Shown: positions 48,401-60,360, counted from the whole stretch's first letter. The stretch: 60,360 bases of DNA, filler included, from Hausera hauseri (GCA_046269625.1; 12 parts of 12 records of this genome joined end to end with filler, not necessarily neighbours in it); one strand, 5' to 3'. The notes: a model not told the origin generated them from the letters alone. Translations and numbers: made by a program.

Positions 48401-50999
48401 CTTATGACCTACCTCATGATTGTCCAGATACCCTACGGCACAATCGGACCAATCTTCCTAAGTTTAAGTTTACTTGAAAGCTCAGGTGAGAAGTTAACAC
48501 AATACAGTTACTCTGTCCCAGAAATTGTGGCAAATCATTCATTATTAACCTACTTATAACTGGAGCTAACGACATAGAAATTCATAACATACTTTGGAGA
48601 AGAAATAGTTTTAGATCAGGTCAATGCCCAATACTTTTTGATGGTAATGAAGGAAGTATGTTAACAAGAGCAGATAATAAATACCAGCACAGTACCAGAT
48701 TATAAAAAACCAATGATAATAGCAAGTAACTAATGTCCATTCTGGCACATTAGCTGTTTGTACGATGCGTTTGTGGTCAGATAATTTTTGATACTATATA
48801 CGCCTATACAGTTTTCAATATCTCAACTAGGCTGACCCTGATTTACAGCGATTACTTGTAAACAAGAAAAAATTATTTAAATAAAACTTTAGACTCGAAT
48901 TTTTATTAAACAAAAAACTAAATTGAATAATACAATAATAACGAAATAAGACAAACATAAACATGTAGCAATTCCACCATACGATGCTTCGATTTTCTCG
49001 ACTGCATTTCGAATTTTTGACAAGTGGACAAAACCTTTACACTCAGTCAACCTCACTAAAATCATCCACCAACAAATCTGCAAACTTTATCATATCTGGA
49101 TCAACACCCGGCACAATTTCATAACTGCCACTACACGCACTACCATTGGCAGTCACATGCGCATCCTCCGGCGTAAGCAGATAAATGTTCATTAACAACA
49201 CTAACAATTTCAGCACATTGAGAACCTGAATGATCATTATCATTGTCATTTTCTCGAAACGCTTCTGGCAGTTTTTCTGTATAGCTAATCAAATATGGAT
49301 TTTCATATTCTGAATTGACATGGAATCCACCGTCAGCATTAACAACGTTAAAAAACTGTTTATCACACAGTTTTAGGATTAGTGAACAAATCTGCACAGT
49401 TAAATAAAACATCACTAGGATCTGATGACAAAATACGGAACCAGATTCATCTATAACAAATTCATATGCAATAAAACCATAACACAAATTTATTACCTGT
49501 GAGATAGCATCCACTAAATAGAACTGAGTTGCCACTATATTTTTTGAAAACATTGTGTAATAAATTTATTTTACAATCATTACCAGTGGTGTTGATACCT
49601 AAAATATATTTTACTGTACAATTCTACTGTACATGCATTTTATGACATGCATTTTGTGATATCCGCATTGTTCGACACGTATAACTTTGGTACATCCGGT
49701 GTAATATTTTCATGTTAGTCGTGGTTAATTAAATTCTACGAAGATATAACTACCTTCTTCAGTTTTCATTTGGCATGATGTATCAACATTAATCCATGAC
49801 TTGTCACAGAAGTCCTATTTTTTATTTAGTCAGAACATGAAGAAAATGCTATAAGTTGAATATTAGACGAATATTAGCACGAGAAAAGGACCGACAATTT
49901 TGTCAAAGTTCAAAATTTCTAAACGTAGTGGGGGATATTTGAACAAGTGCAAAATACTGTTACATTTAAAGGCTGCAACTGCGTTATTTAGGCATGAAGT
50001 ACACTGAAGAAAAAAGGAATGACCATGTTTATGCTTGTTATTTTATAGTGTATTTTAGTACCTTATTAAAGTTATCCGCCACAGGTTGTATTGCAAAATA
50101 AAATTACCCCAAAACACCACTAATATAATAATAAAAAAATCCATTCTTAAATTCCTCATATTCTTAAAACAAAATTAAATTTGTAACAAAATAATTCGGG
50201 AATAAATAATTTTCAATCAAAATATCGAAATGCGCGATATCGTAATCAACACAGTAGCCTCATTTATTGCATTTATTCTAACGAACTATAGTATAAATTG
50301 ACTACGCTACTTTCAATATTATTTACAATATTATTTCATTATGCATTTAAACAAATATCAATTTTCTTTTTGTATACATGCTTACAAAGTATTACAAAAG
50401 TATTACGAAAGTTGGATTGAAAACAATGATCGCTTGTAAACTGTGATTTTTTGAAAAAAAAACATTCGTATATATACTTTCTTTTACTGTAAATCTGGAT
50501 TTTTTTATAACAAATAGTCAGACAGATTTGCAAAATATAATGTTGATTAATAATGTGAAAAAATTGTTGAACATAATTAAAGATGAGCAAATGTCGATGT
50601 CAACAAAATAATTCCATCGAAATTATGCAAGTAGCTTGGTCGGGGATTGTATAAACCTGTGGTAATCACAGCTAGACGAATTAGCATTTTTCGTTATTCA
50701 ACTTGTACTTTTCTGTACTCTTTTTATTCTAAATTCATTTAATCTCATTTTACGTGTGATCTTATACAAGTATACATATATTGGAATTTTTCTTAGTATT
50801 GACACAAATTATTTTCTTTCGATGGCAACAAAAATGATTGAAAACTGTAAGCTTTTGTACATTGGTATATTATTTTTAATCTTGATTGTCTTTTGATTCT
50901 TATTTGATATAATATCATTTATTTCGTTTGCTTTTATTAAACTTTATACGTTACTTTGATTTTTCTTTAATCCACTATAAATGAAGTACGTCAAGTATA

Positions 51000-51263
51000 T
51001 GTATTGTAATAGGCGTAATTAATCAACAAAAAGTGTCCCTCTTTTGGAATTCCGGTGTTAAGAAACCGGTTGTTTAAAATCAAATTAAATAACAGGGATA
51101 GTTCGTCAGTGTACTTCCTGAACGATACTCGCATAGCAACGTTAAGTAAAAACCCATAACTAAGTCATAGCAACCCACAGGTTGCTACTCCAAAATCTAT
51201 GTAATAGTTTAAGTTTGAGGTCGTGAGATCCAAACGTTTTCATAATCTCAGTGTCCTAATACA
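51000..51263 (+). mobile_element. Solo LTR
   Basis: TGTATT...AATACA inverted termini. Shares 'cgtcagt-tac-tcctga-cgatactcgca', 'acccacagg' and 'taagttt-aggtcg-gaga' with the LTR at 17785-18093. Confidence 0.8.
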
Positions 51264-51321
51264 TATGAAATTTACGTAACATATAAGTCATATTGTAGGT
51301 AAATATAACACACATATTGTA

Positions 51322-51421
51322 NNNNNNNNNNNNNNNNNNNNNNNNNNNNNNNNNNNNNNNNNNNNTTAATTAATTAANNNNNNNNNNNNNNNNNNNNNNN
51401 NNNNNNNNNNNNNNNNNNNNN
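51322..51421. other. Artificial contig spacer
   Basis: N44-TTAATTAATTAA-N44. Confidence 0.98.
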
Positions 51422-52274
51422 TTTTGCTGAAAATATGGGGGAAATCGATTATGATAACATGTCTATCGGGTGTTGCAGATATTAATAACGATACGTAACT
51501 ACTCTATCCATTTTCTATCAGAAAATCCATTCTATTAAGTCAAATTCTGTAACAGAACGCTTGAATATAATTATTTAATGTACCCCTGAAATATTCTTCA
51601 GTGCGACTAGTCAGTACAGTTTGCACTTTATCACTTCCTGGGTAATTTGGAACAATTACTCGATAATAAAAAGGAAATTGAATCTTCATGTTTGTCGGAA
51701 TTTCCAGGACTATATGGTGAAATCATAACAACCTGTTTATCTCGATTACTGACATCTGTATCAGTATATTTTGTAATATATTTGAGTGTAATTGGCTTGG
51801 TTTATTCTCAAATATTACTTTCGTTTCATATCGTATCTGATCGTTCCATTTTCTTATATTAAATAATCGATTGAGGGTTTTTGACACTTCTCAATATGAT
51901 GCTAGCTTTGAAAGCCCTGGTGGCAAAACGTGACAGTTACGTTGGAAGCAATGATCGGACTGTTTGCTTGGAAATGATAATTATGAACCCAATGCGGTAC
52001 AAGAGATTCGAGAGAACAGCTGATATTAGTACCACAAGAATTGTGAAGAGCCTTAGAATGGAATCTAGAGTTACAAAAACAATTAAAGTCTATATCTGAT
52101 TTGATATGTAGTCTGAGATTTAAACTACTTCTAACTGAAGACGTGTTGATGGACTCGACACAAAAAATTTCTTCAGAATAACCATTAGTTGTATTCGTTC
52201 GCCTCAGAGCACAGATTGTTAATGCAAATTTAAGCATCGTAAAATAAATTTTAGAAGCGAAAGATTGGGTCCGA

Positions 52275-53301
52275 CTATGGGCCCGACGCGGCGGCGACGA
52301 AAGCCCGGCCACGCCCAACCAAATGGGCCAGAGGGCGCCGGCCACTGTGGGCACCACAAATGCAAACGGTGTTGCTTGTATTAAAAGCGGGGCAGTAAAA
52401 TTTACAACCGATGCAGCATTTCTGAGCATTATTAGCAAATTTGTTATGGTAGTAGCAAATAGACAACCGCGCGGGCGATGGCGACCGTCATTGACGTTGA
52501 TTAAATACATTAGGGAAAGCAGTCCAAAAAACCCGTCGAGGCAGCGTTAAGTCATTTAATTTCTCATTTTTGTTGTTAATTGTCTTTTGTAACATTTCAT
52601 TTTCTGTGCGTAATTGCGCAATTTGTTGCTGCAGCATTGCATTTTGTTGTTGTTGGTCTGTTGTTAATGCCGCAGAGACAGTTGGTGCTGTGTGTGAGTG
52701 TAGTACTTCATATGCTTTGTCTTCCAGTTTGGCTAGCTTTTCCAAAGCCGTGGAGTCTTCGACCAGTTGTCAAAGCTCTTATTTGAAGGGGCAATGCATT
52801 TAAAAAATAGCTACGAAGAAGTTCTGGACTATGCTCAGATGTTACGCCAAGATTATTGAGGTGAGACAAAGATGTGCGCAAGAATTCAGAAGGTTTCTAA
52901 AGGCCTATGGCGTTGTCTTTGAAGAATCTTTGAATTATAGAGTAGATTGACGGCTCAGTGAGCTTAAGAACGGCATTATACAGTTGAGTATATGGGTCTG
53001 TGTGATAAAGGATGTCGATGATACTGGTAATTTTAGTTTTGATGGAAGCTTGTAAATGAAAAGAGGCTGTTGGCTTTGGATAAGGAGTCGACGACATTTT
53101 TCGATTGGAGCCATAATTGATGCAGTTTTAGCCACGTTTTAGTGGAGTTTTGGTGTCGAGGAAGTATTCTGTGCAGGGTGAATGAGTGAGGAGTGTGCGT
53201 TGTGTGGAAGTGTTTGAAGCACTTTGTTTGGGTAAATAAGTGATAGAGATCTGTGGTTTGGTGAGTTTGTCCGTGGTGTCAATTGTGGGTGGTGAATCCA
53301 T
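52275..53301 (-). pseudogene. CsRn1-clade Gypsy gag, frameshifted
   Basis: 'DPYTQLYNAVLKLTEPS', 'KPSEFLR', 'LLRSYFLNALP' and the clade-typical CHCC motif 'CYYHNKFANNAQKCCIGC' (C-x2-H-x9-C-x3-C). Confidence 0.8.
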
Positions 53302-53653
53302 GCCACCACGGATACGGAAGTGAATGTGAAGGCAGACACAAATTGTAGAAGGTTGGAGGGGTCCAGCGAAAGGCACTACAGATCCATTGTATGTGAGACA
53401 GAAGTCAGAGGAGTGAAGTAAGGTATAGGTGAAGTTGTAAATAGCCGCAGTGTGTAAGTGTAATACTGTATATGTGTGAATGTGTTTGTTACTTAAAACA
53501 AAGAGAATGAAGTAAGGAGAGGTGGTATGTCCTGGGGCGTGTTGTTGGGTTACAACGAAAGGCGCCGTCTGACCCAATATCGTAGAGTGGGTGACCGGGA
53601 CCTCAGCCTCGCCGCACCGGGTCTCACATTTCGGGGTAACCGAAATTCTCACA

Positions 53654-53961
53654 TGTAACGTTTCTCCATCGGTTCCTCTGGCATTTATTATTTTTGATAC
53701 AAAGAGGTGTGAGCACGGGACATATTGACATGTATTTGTGGTGGAATGCCGAGTAATGCCGAAAAGATTAAAGCAAATAAAAAGAAACCTGAGTTTGCCC
53801 ATTCACCATTTACATCTTGGTTTCAGTGGCAAAAGAACAAATCGGTATATAGCGGAAATATGGCCAATCACCAGGTTTCAGCAGTCTGGTTACCAGAAGA
53901 CCTTTGATGCGTCCCTTCTGGCAATACCAACCTTCCTACGGGGGGGTATGTGGTGCCCACA
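53654..53961 (-). mobile_element. 5' LTR of the CsRn1-like element
   Basis: Minus strand TGT...GTTACA termini, then a degenerate tRNA-Trp-like PBS (cggttaccccga, ~53642-53631). Confidence 0.55.
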
Positions 53962-54072
53962 TTCACCCAATGGGTGATTTGTTCAAAGAACTTTTTTTGT
54001 GAATATTTGAATAAATGCAAACTTTTCGAAAGAAATTTTTTTATTTCAAACATATTTCAAATTCTGAAATAC

Positions 54073-54870
54073 ATGTCGGAGTCAATTTATTTTAGTCTAT
54101 TGTTCAAACAATTTAGCAATCCCGATGTTTTTCAGGCATTGTCCAAATGCTATCCGGACGTTGATAATGATAAAATAATGACGGTCTACAAAAATTGGCA
54201 AGCCAATCCACAAATCTGGAATTTCAAAGCCACTCAATCGATAGTTATTCCAAATAACAATAAGATTACTGCGACAAAAACAGATGATTCAATTGTTCGG
54301 AGTAAATCAGCAATCAGTGACGGTAAATCTGACGAACAAAACATCGTTATTCACGTCTCTGATGAACGGAAGAAATTGAAAAAAGATTTCGTTTGTACAA
54401 AGAAACTCCTTGTAAAAGAAATGCGTTGCTTCGCTAATTATTTGTCAGCGGAAAGTAAGTCATATGAAGATGTTGACATATCAGTTCATTGTGATATCAA
54501 TATATTTGACTGGCTCATGAAATATGTTAAAAGAGAACAGTTGTCAAAATACAACAGAGTATCAGTTTCATCATTAAAACCAAATAATGTTGCTTCGATA
54601 TTAATACCTTCCAACTTTTTGAAAATGGATACTTTCGTTGATGATTGCATCAAATATATTCAATCGAATATAAATGATCTGCTGTCGACATCGTGCAACA
54701 TAAATTGTGTAAATTCTTAGCTTATCGAAAAGACTGCAGAACGATTCACTGATTTAGAAACAGATGCCATTGTCGACAAAAAAGATAAAATAAGTAAATT
54801 ATTTCGAATCAAAATGGAGCAGTTAAAGTCTAATGACGATATTCTTGGTGATTTGTACGTCATTACTAAA
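54073..54870 (+). pseudogene. SANBR/KIAA1841-like (BTB, DUF3342) fragment with in-frame stop
   Basis: 'IVIHVSDERKKLKKDFVC..LLVKEMRCFANYL..VDISVHCDINIFDWLMKYVK..NVASILIPSNFLKMD'. Homology continues past TAG 54718-54720 ('DKKDKISKLF'). Confidence 0.85.
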
Positions 54871-55648
54871 TATCCCCAAGAAGATGGACACTGTTGCAAT
54901 TACTGATCCATCAGGTGATACTATTTTTGAACGATTAGGTAGCATTGGCGACAAAATTCAAATTGAAATTATAAGCAATTCAGTAGAATATGAAATTGAG
55001 GAACTTGATGTTGATGGAACTCGTCGACAGACCCGTGTGTAGTTGCAGAATTCTGATACGATTATGTCTAACGAAACGTTCAATGGTCAGCCGGTCCAAT
55101 ATATAATGGGAAACAATAGCATCGGGCCGAACGTGGAACAATCTGATGGTGGCGGTAATGAGGAAGAGTATGCCGTAGTTGATAGACCCGTGTTAATCGA
55201 TTCACGGGATAAATTGGCATCATTAACTGAAAAACCTCAAAGAAGCTCAGTACAGGTCAAAAGAATTCTAATCAAAAAGTAAACGCCAAAGATAGTCGAA
55301 ATTCCGAACCAACCCAGTACTAGCATAAGGCAAAGTAACTCAGAACAGATGGCCTCTAAAAAATGACGCAATCGAACTAAAGGCAGGTACAAATCAATGT
55401 AGCGCGCAACCCAAAACAAAACTGAAAAACGACAAAACACCAGAATGGAAAAGGACAAAAATAAAAAGGCCTGTCGAAAAAGAATCCAAGACCTCACTGT
55501 TTAATTCCATTGGACAAAAACGAAAATAAAGAGCCTAAAATAGATACCAAATTTAAAGAAGTAACCGTTTTGACGAAAAAAGCATATAAAATAAAACCTG
55601 GAATCAAGGAAAATATAGAGACCAAAGAAAGTGACAACAGATCAGTAA

Positions 55649-55748
55649 NNNNNNNNNNNNNNNNNNNNNNNNNNNNNNNNNNNNNNNNNNNNTTAATTAA
55701 TTAANNNNNNNNNNNNNNNNNNNNNNNNNNNNNNNNNNNNNNNNNNNN
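55649..55748. other. Artificial contig spacer
   Basis: N44-TTAATTAATTAA-N44. Confidence 0.98.
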
Positions 55749-56079
55749 GTTTGTTTAGACTGTGCCATGTCCATCTTCTGGATGCCTTGTGATGTTCAAA
55801 ATTATTTGCTATATCAAGTTGTTGTATTGAGCAATTTAAGTAATTGAAACTTTCTTTTGTCTGTTTGTGCATTGCTGTCAGCACGCCTACAGGAAAACAC
55901 AGTAATAACTGCAATTCTGAAGTCAAAACAATTATTGTGGCAGCTGAGGAACTCGCAACATGTAAGTTTCGCTCACATCCTCTAACATTCCTCACAGATG
56001 TAAAATTGGTCATAGAAACTCTTGAGAGCAGAAATGGATGGAGCTGAAAGGCTTTCTGACCAAAACTAGCTGTCATCGA

Positions 56080-56531
56080 GTAACTATACAATGGATCGCA
56101 TCCCTTTGTAGAATTCCAGGAAATGACAAAGCTGTTACTCTGGCAAAAAGCGGTACTCTAATGGGCCACCAAACATCCCAATAATGCATGACCACAAGAA
56201 GATATGATAAAGATTCAGAACAAAATCATCTTGAGTATTACCAGATGCCTATTGTATTTCATCTCAGAACAGGACATAACCGACTCCGCAGTCATATGTA
56301 CACAAAACTAAAAATGGGTGTATCTGCCTTGTGCACTTGTGGACAGACATCCCAGACTGTGGAACATATCCTTCAAAACTGCACCCTATATGATGCATTG
56401 AGGCACTCACTTGCCCAGAGAAACAAGACACAAGGCTATATGGCTTTCTTATAGAACTCCAGAACACTGCAGTTCATCAGGAAGACACGTCTGCAGATGT
56501 AGATCAGTGTGAACGACAGAAGAAGATGAAG
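56080..56531 (+). mobile_element. 3' end of an I-group/Ingi-like non-LTR retrotransposon (RNase H and CCHC)
   Basis: 'LQWIASLCRIPGNDKAVTLAKSG', 'LRTGHNRL..CTCG..QTVEHILQNC', short GAA-rich tail. Confidence 0.8.
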
Positions 56532-56665
56532 TATCGTACAGAACTTTATTTGAACTATGAATGGCATGGTGTTATGTATGACAAAATTACAATATTTACA
56601 TTATTTAAAAATAATATTTGTTCGTAAATTAATATTTTCTGCACAAATTTTATATCAGATTGAAC

Positions 56666-59224
56666 ATGCCTAACCAAGTCGAGATAGAAAATATCATGAA
56701 CCTATTTTTACAGCTCATCGAGTCCATGCTTGAATACGAAGATGCCCATTGGTTCAGACTGCCCGTTGACCGAGAAGCTTATCCCCAATACTACCAGTTC
56801 ATTAAAAATCCCGTATCCCTAAAAGATATAACCGAAGTCATCAAAAGTGGCCATGTTACTGATCCCTGGCAGGTTGTCAATCTATTTTGGTTGATGTTCG
56901 ACAATTGTCATAGATTCAACAGTAAGTTGAGTGCTGTTTATCGAGCATGCATGAAAATGGAAGACGTATTCGTAATCAAGGCTACCGAAATCATGACCAA
57001 AAGTGGATATTGCTGTGCAATGAAATATGTTTATGAACCACATTATTTGTTCTGCTGCACAGACGCAGCCTGTGCAATAAAGCCAAATGCTGTTTATTAC
57101 AAAGTTGTTGTGGACGGAACCGAATTCGTGATTTGTGATAAATGCTACCGAAAAAGTCAAAATGATGTTGAGTTGGTTGAGTCAAAACGTATTGAAAAAT
57201 CGCTCTTTATCTTATCGAAAAATGACGTTCAAACTGACGAATCGTTCGTCAAATGCATTAAATGTGGAGTAAAATGGCATCAGATCTGTGCTCTATCTCC
57301 GATGAATGATGAATTTGAGTGTAACTCGTGCCGAGATGCGAATTCAACTCGTTATCTGAATCGACTTCGATCTTCAGAGATGATCCCTCTGTCACAAATG
57401 AGTAAGTACATCGAATTCCGAGTTAATGAATACTTGAAACTCGAGGCACCCGGTGCGAACAAAGTTATAATTCGGGACTTTACGAAGAAGAACTGTAGTA
57501 TCGAATTCAAGCCGAAAATGGGCGAGAGATTCCAGGAGAAAAATTTGGCGAATATTAATTATACATCCAAGGCCATTTATGCTTTTCAAGAAATTGATGG
57601 TTTGGATGTGGTATTCTTTGGATTGCATACTCAAGAATTTGGCGAAAATAGCGGGGGGCCGAATAAATTGTGTATTTATATTACATACATCGATTCCGTC
57701 CCGTTTTTCCAACCCAAAGACTGCAGAAGTCAAGTTTACAAAACCATTATTCTGTCGTATTTGGACTTCATGCGTCGACACAGTTTTCAAACTGTCCATC
57801 TGTGGGTTTGTCCAGCGGATCCCGGAAATGATTACATATTCTTTCGACACCCAGCAGACCAGAAAATGCCAGATACCGAACGATTGAAGAAATGGTACAA
57901 GGATTTGTTTCAAGGCGGGGTCAATAAATCAATCATCAAAAAGCAAACAAATATTCTGGACTACTATAGACAATCGGATGTTACGAACATAACAGATATG
58001 CCGTATTTTGTCGGCGACTTTTGGCCGGATAAACTAGAAGAGTTACTAACTGAAGTCGAAAAAGACGTCGAATTTACAGAGGACGCTCAAAGCACCTTCA
58101 GTTTGAATGAATCGTTTTGCTCTGGTCGTAAGCGAAAATCAAGATTGAATAGGGATCCGAAACGACGGAAGATTGATCTGTCGAACGTTGAAAACGAGAT
58201 CCACAATCGATGTTTTGAATTAATTGAACGAGTCAAAGATCATTTCATAGTCGGTCAACTGAATTCGGAAAAGAATATCGATGATGAACAATATGACTTT
58301 CAAAATGGCCGAACGTGGAATTGTGATGTGATGGAGTCGCGAGTGTCGATGTTGTTCTTTTGTCGAAATACCAATTTGGAGTTTTCGTCACTACGTAGAG
58401 CGAAATATTCGACTATGAAATTGATTGATGAAATTTTCTCGGAGAACCGAACTAAATCCTTCTTTTGTAATGTTTGTTTGGGAGGAGATTTTGTTCATCG
58501 ATACCATTGTGATGTTTGTGATGATTATGATGTGTGCGAGATGTGCGTGGTAAAGAACGAACATGAGCATCAGTTGAGAAATGTCGAAAAATCAGAAACC
58601 GGAGTTAGATTATCTGAGTTACTTGTTCATAGCACCAATTGTATTGATGATTATTGTGGAATGAAGTACTGCGGGCAAATGAAACAATCCTTGGAACATG
58701 CAAGCAAGTGTACAGATACTCGATGTTTGGTGTGTCTACAGTTGAACATGGTTATGGCTGTCCATGTCCATCATTGTAGAGTACTCAGCTGTACCATTCC
58801 TCTGTGTATATCTCGAAGATGTGACAAAGAAAATGTTGTGAACCAAATAAAGTTGGATAATCAGAATGGTATAGAAACAAAGGTCGAACCATCAGATTTC
58901 CCACTGAATCTTACAACTCTAAGAAGCCTATTAAACCTCGAAAAGTCTCGTTCCAGAAGGTGTTTCTGCAAGACCCTCTTTGATGAAGAAAGTCACTTTT
59001 GTAATAAGTGCAATGACAATGAAGGAACAGAGTTAAAGAAGCGAATTCGAGTTGTTTCATTAAACGGTGCCACACATCCATTACAAAACAATGCTGTCCG
59101 ATATCAATTGGATTTGTGTAGAGGAGTTAAACTTCAGTCAGATAGACCGATTTTTAGAATCATTCGCAGGTCAATTAGAAAAAATTTTGACGATTGTTCT
59201 TTAATCATTGCTGTTCGATCGTGA
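56666..59224 (+). CDS. CBP/p300-like histone acetyltransferase (bromo-RING-PHD-HAT-ZZ-TAZ2), uninterrupted
   Basis: Bromodomain 'WFRLPVD..YYQFIKNP..LMFDN..FN', PHD 'HQICAL', HAT 'YITYIDS', 'HLWVCP..GNDYIF', 'LKKWY', 'PYFVGDFWP', 'EFSSLRRAKYST', ZZ 'YHCDVCDDYDVC', TAZ2 'LVHSTNC'. Confidence 0.95.
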   Translation: MPNQVEIENIMNLFLQLIESMLEYEDAHWFRLPVDREAYPQYYQFIKNPVSLKDITEVIKSGHVTDPWQVVNLFWLMFDNCHRFNSKLSAVYRACMKMEDVFVIKATEIMTKSGYCCAMKYVYEPHYLFCCTDAACAIKPNAVYYKVVVDGTEFVICDKCYRKSQNDVELVESKRIEKSLFILSKNDVQTDESFVKCIKCGVKWHQICALSPMNDEFECNSCRDANSTRYLNRLRSSEMIPLSQMSKYIEFRVNEYLKLEAPGANKVIIRDFTKKNCSIEFKPKMGERFQEKNLANINYTSKAIYAFQEIDGLDVVFFGLHTQEFGENSGGPNKLCIYITYIDSVPFFQPKDCRSQVYKTIILSYLDFMRRHSFQTVHLWVCPADPGNDYIFFRHPADQKMPDTERLKKWYKDLFQGGVNKSIIKKQTNILDYYRQSDVTNITDMPYFVGDFWPDKLEELLTEVEKDVEFTEDAQSTFSLNESFCSGRKRKSRLNRDPKRRKIDLSNVENEIHNRCFELIERVKDHFIVGQLNSEKNIDDEQYDFQNGRTWNCDVMESRVSMLFFCRNTNLEFSSLRRAKYSTMKLIDEIFSENRTKSFFCNVCLGGDFVHRYHCDVCDDYDVCEMCVVKNEHEHQLRNVEKSETGVRLSELLVHSTNCIDDYCGMKYCGQMKQSLEHASKCTDTRCLVCLQLNMVMAVHVHHCRVLSCTIPLCISRRCDKENVVNQIKLDNQNGIETKVEPSDFPLNLTTLRSLLNLEKSRSRRCFCKTLFDEESHFCNKCNDNEGTELKKRIRVVSLNGATHPLQNNAVRYQLDLCRGVKLQSDRPIFRIIRRSIRKNFDDCSLIIAVRS

Positions 59225-59423
59225 TTTGGTGTCTCTGTTTTTTTTAATATATTTTGTGAACAAATTTCTTTTCGACTTTTTTATGCTTTCTTATCCTTAA
59301 CCCTATAATTTCACATGACAACAAGGTTTTCTATAACGCTTCTTTCGATTGTAATAAGAGTTTCATTCCAACGTTATCAGAGGTATACAAACTAGTAAAA
59401 GTATATGGTGTGAAAACCATTGT

Positions 59424-60071
59424 ATGAACAACATCGAAAATTTATTGTTTTCTCCATTGTTTAACGTAATTCACCGAATATTATCACAGGAATCAAAAGG
59501 AAATCTCAAACGAACAATTCATAAACAGTTGTCAACGGAACAGAGTTTACCATGCTCCACGGACCCCTCTGTATTTCTCTATCAAAATAAATGTCATAGG
59601 TGTATTAATACTGCAAATCGTGTAACTAATCTCAATGATCTTACAGTTGCTCAGTTAAAAACCGAATGTCGCATAAGAAATCTTCCCAGATCAGGTAACA
59701 AATGTGCGTTGATTAATACTCTGGAAGAATATAAGGATGAGATCCTAGCTATAGAAAATGCTTGTCCACATATTTTATCTCAATCTCAGTATCAGTCCGA
59801 TAGATCACATAATCCCAAATATCAGCTGAGCGATAGGTCCATAAGTTTACCCGTGGAATGCTATGACAACTCATCTCAAGAAGTTTCAGGATCATTATTA
59901 GCACCAGTCACTGTAAATGTTACATGTATCGGTGGTTCCTTTTCAAATTTGCCAATTACTCCATACTCCATTGTTCTAGGCGAGCCTACAAAGCCTGATA
60001 TTCGAGATATTATTTCTCCAGATTCTCAGTCTACTCAGCTCAATAACACTATTTCATGCGCCGTGTTGTAG
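59424..60071 (+). CDS. SAP-domain protein
   Basis: 'LNDLTVAQLKTECRIRNLPRSGNKCALINTL' fits the SAP consensus. Confidence 0.75.
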   Translation: MNNIENLLFSPLFNVIHRILSQESKGNLKRTIHKQLSTEQSLPCSTDPSVFLYQNKCHRCINTANRVTNLNDLTVAQLKTECRIRNLPRSGNKCALINTLEEYKDEILAIENACPHILSQSQYQSDRSHNPKYQLSDRSISLPVECYDNSSQEVSGSLLAPVTVNVTCIGGSFSNLPITPYSIVLGEPTKPDIRDIISPDSQSTQLNNTISCAVL

Positions 60072-60157
60072 CTTTTCTAATTTCTTAGACTGGATAATCC
60101 ACTTTCATTAGTTCTTACGCCCAGTAGAGGCAGTTATTTTTCATACTCCTAGAACTT

Positions 60158-60345
60158 GGGGCTCAGTGGTCTCAAGGTACGAAGTCCGCCTCGAGTGCTA
60201 GAGGTAAGGGGTTCGAATCCCGGTGGAAACACTTGGGATTATTTTCTCCTGGATTTTCTAGTAAAAAAATCCCCCTTATCTCTGGGTAGTGAGGTCGGAC
60301 GTCCGTATACATTGTCGTGCACGTTAAAATCCCTTGGCAGTTGAA
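60158..60345 (+). mobile_element. tRNA-derived SINE with Meta-domain-like core
   Basis: A-box-like CAGTGGTCTCAAGG, B box GGTTCGAATCCC, then 'gaggtc...gcacgttaaaatccc'. Confidence 0.55.
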
Positions 60346-60360
60346 AATCGAAAAAGAGTA

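Noticed and set aside
48889-49553. PGRP/amidase-like gene from 'AYEFVIDESGSVF'
   Set aside because: One short motif in broken frames with no other family features.
52346-52358. 13-nt complementarity between the gag end and the LTR start (53949-53961)
   Set aside because: Short and single; chance cannot be excluded.
60158-60230. Functional tRNA gene
   Set aside because: A and B boxes are present, but I see no clean cloverleaf and it continues into a SINE-like body.

Overview
This window is not one locus. It is 12 short contigs (about 4-7 kb each) joined by artificial 100-nt spacers (44 N + TTAATTAATTAA + 44 N), so adjacency is only meaningful within a contig. Eleven contigs look like an AT-rich invertebrate animal genome with short spliceosomal introns; one (37402-41453) looks like teleost fish DNA. 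Host-type genes are an NKRF-like dsRBD/R3H protein with a prion-like N-terminus, the 3' end of a cGMP-dependent protein kinase, an intronless CBP/p300-like acetyltransferase core, a SANBR/KIAA1841-like pseudogene and a SAP-domain ORF. The rest is mostly decayed mobile DNA: Maverick/Polinton genes (pPolB, major capsid, two tandem pentons, PW, protease, integrase), Ty3/Gypsy elements, a mariner, LINE fragments and SINEs. The best candidate for an undescribed system is a group of LTR elements carrying accessory cargo. At 45.1-47.2 kb, behind a tRNA-Met PBS, lies an array of RING, zinc-finger and BIR cassettes. Most lack their own ATG, every one starts at a phase-1 splice acceptor and the complete ones are followed by a polyadenylation signal. 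A matching 'ATG G|GTAATA' donor sits in the upstream LTR end, suggesting one shared start micro-exon spliced to alternative effector exons. Related elements carry three copies of an apparently catalytically dead DEDDh exonuclease-fold protein, one probably fused to a RING. All family assignments are by eye from recalled motifs; no searches were run.
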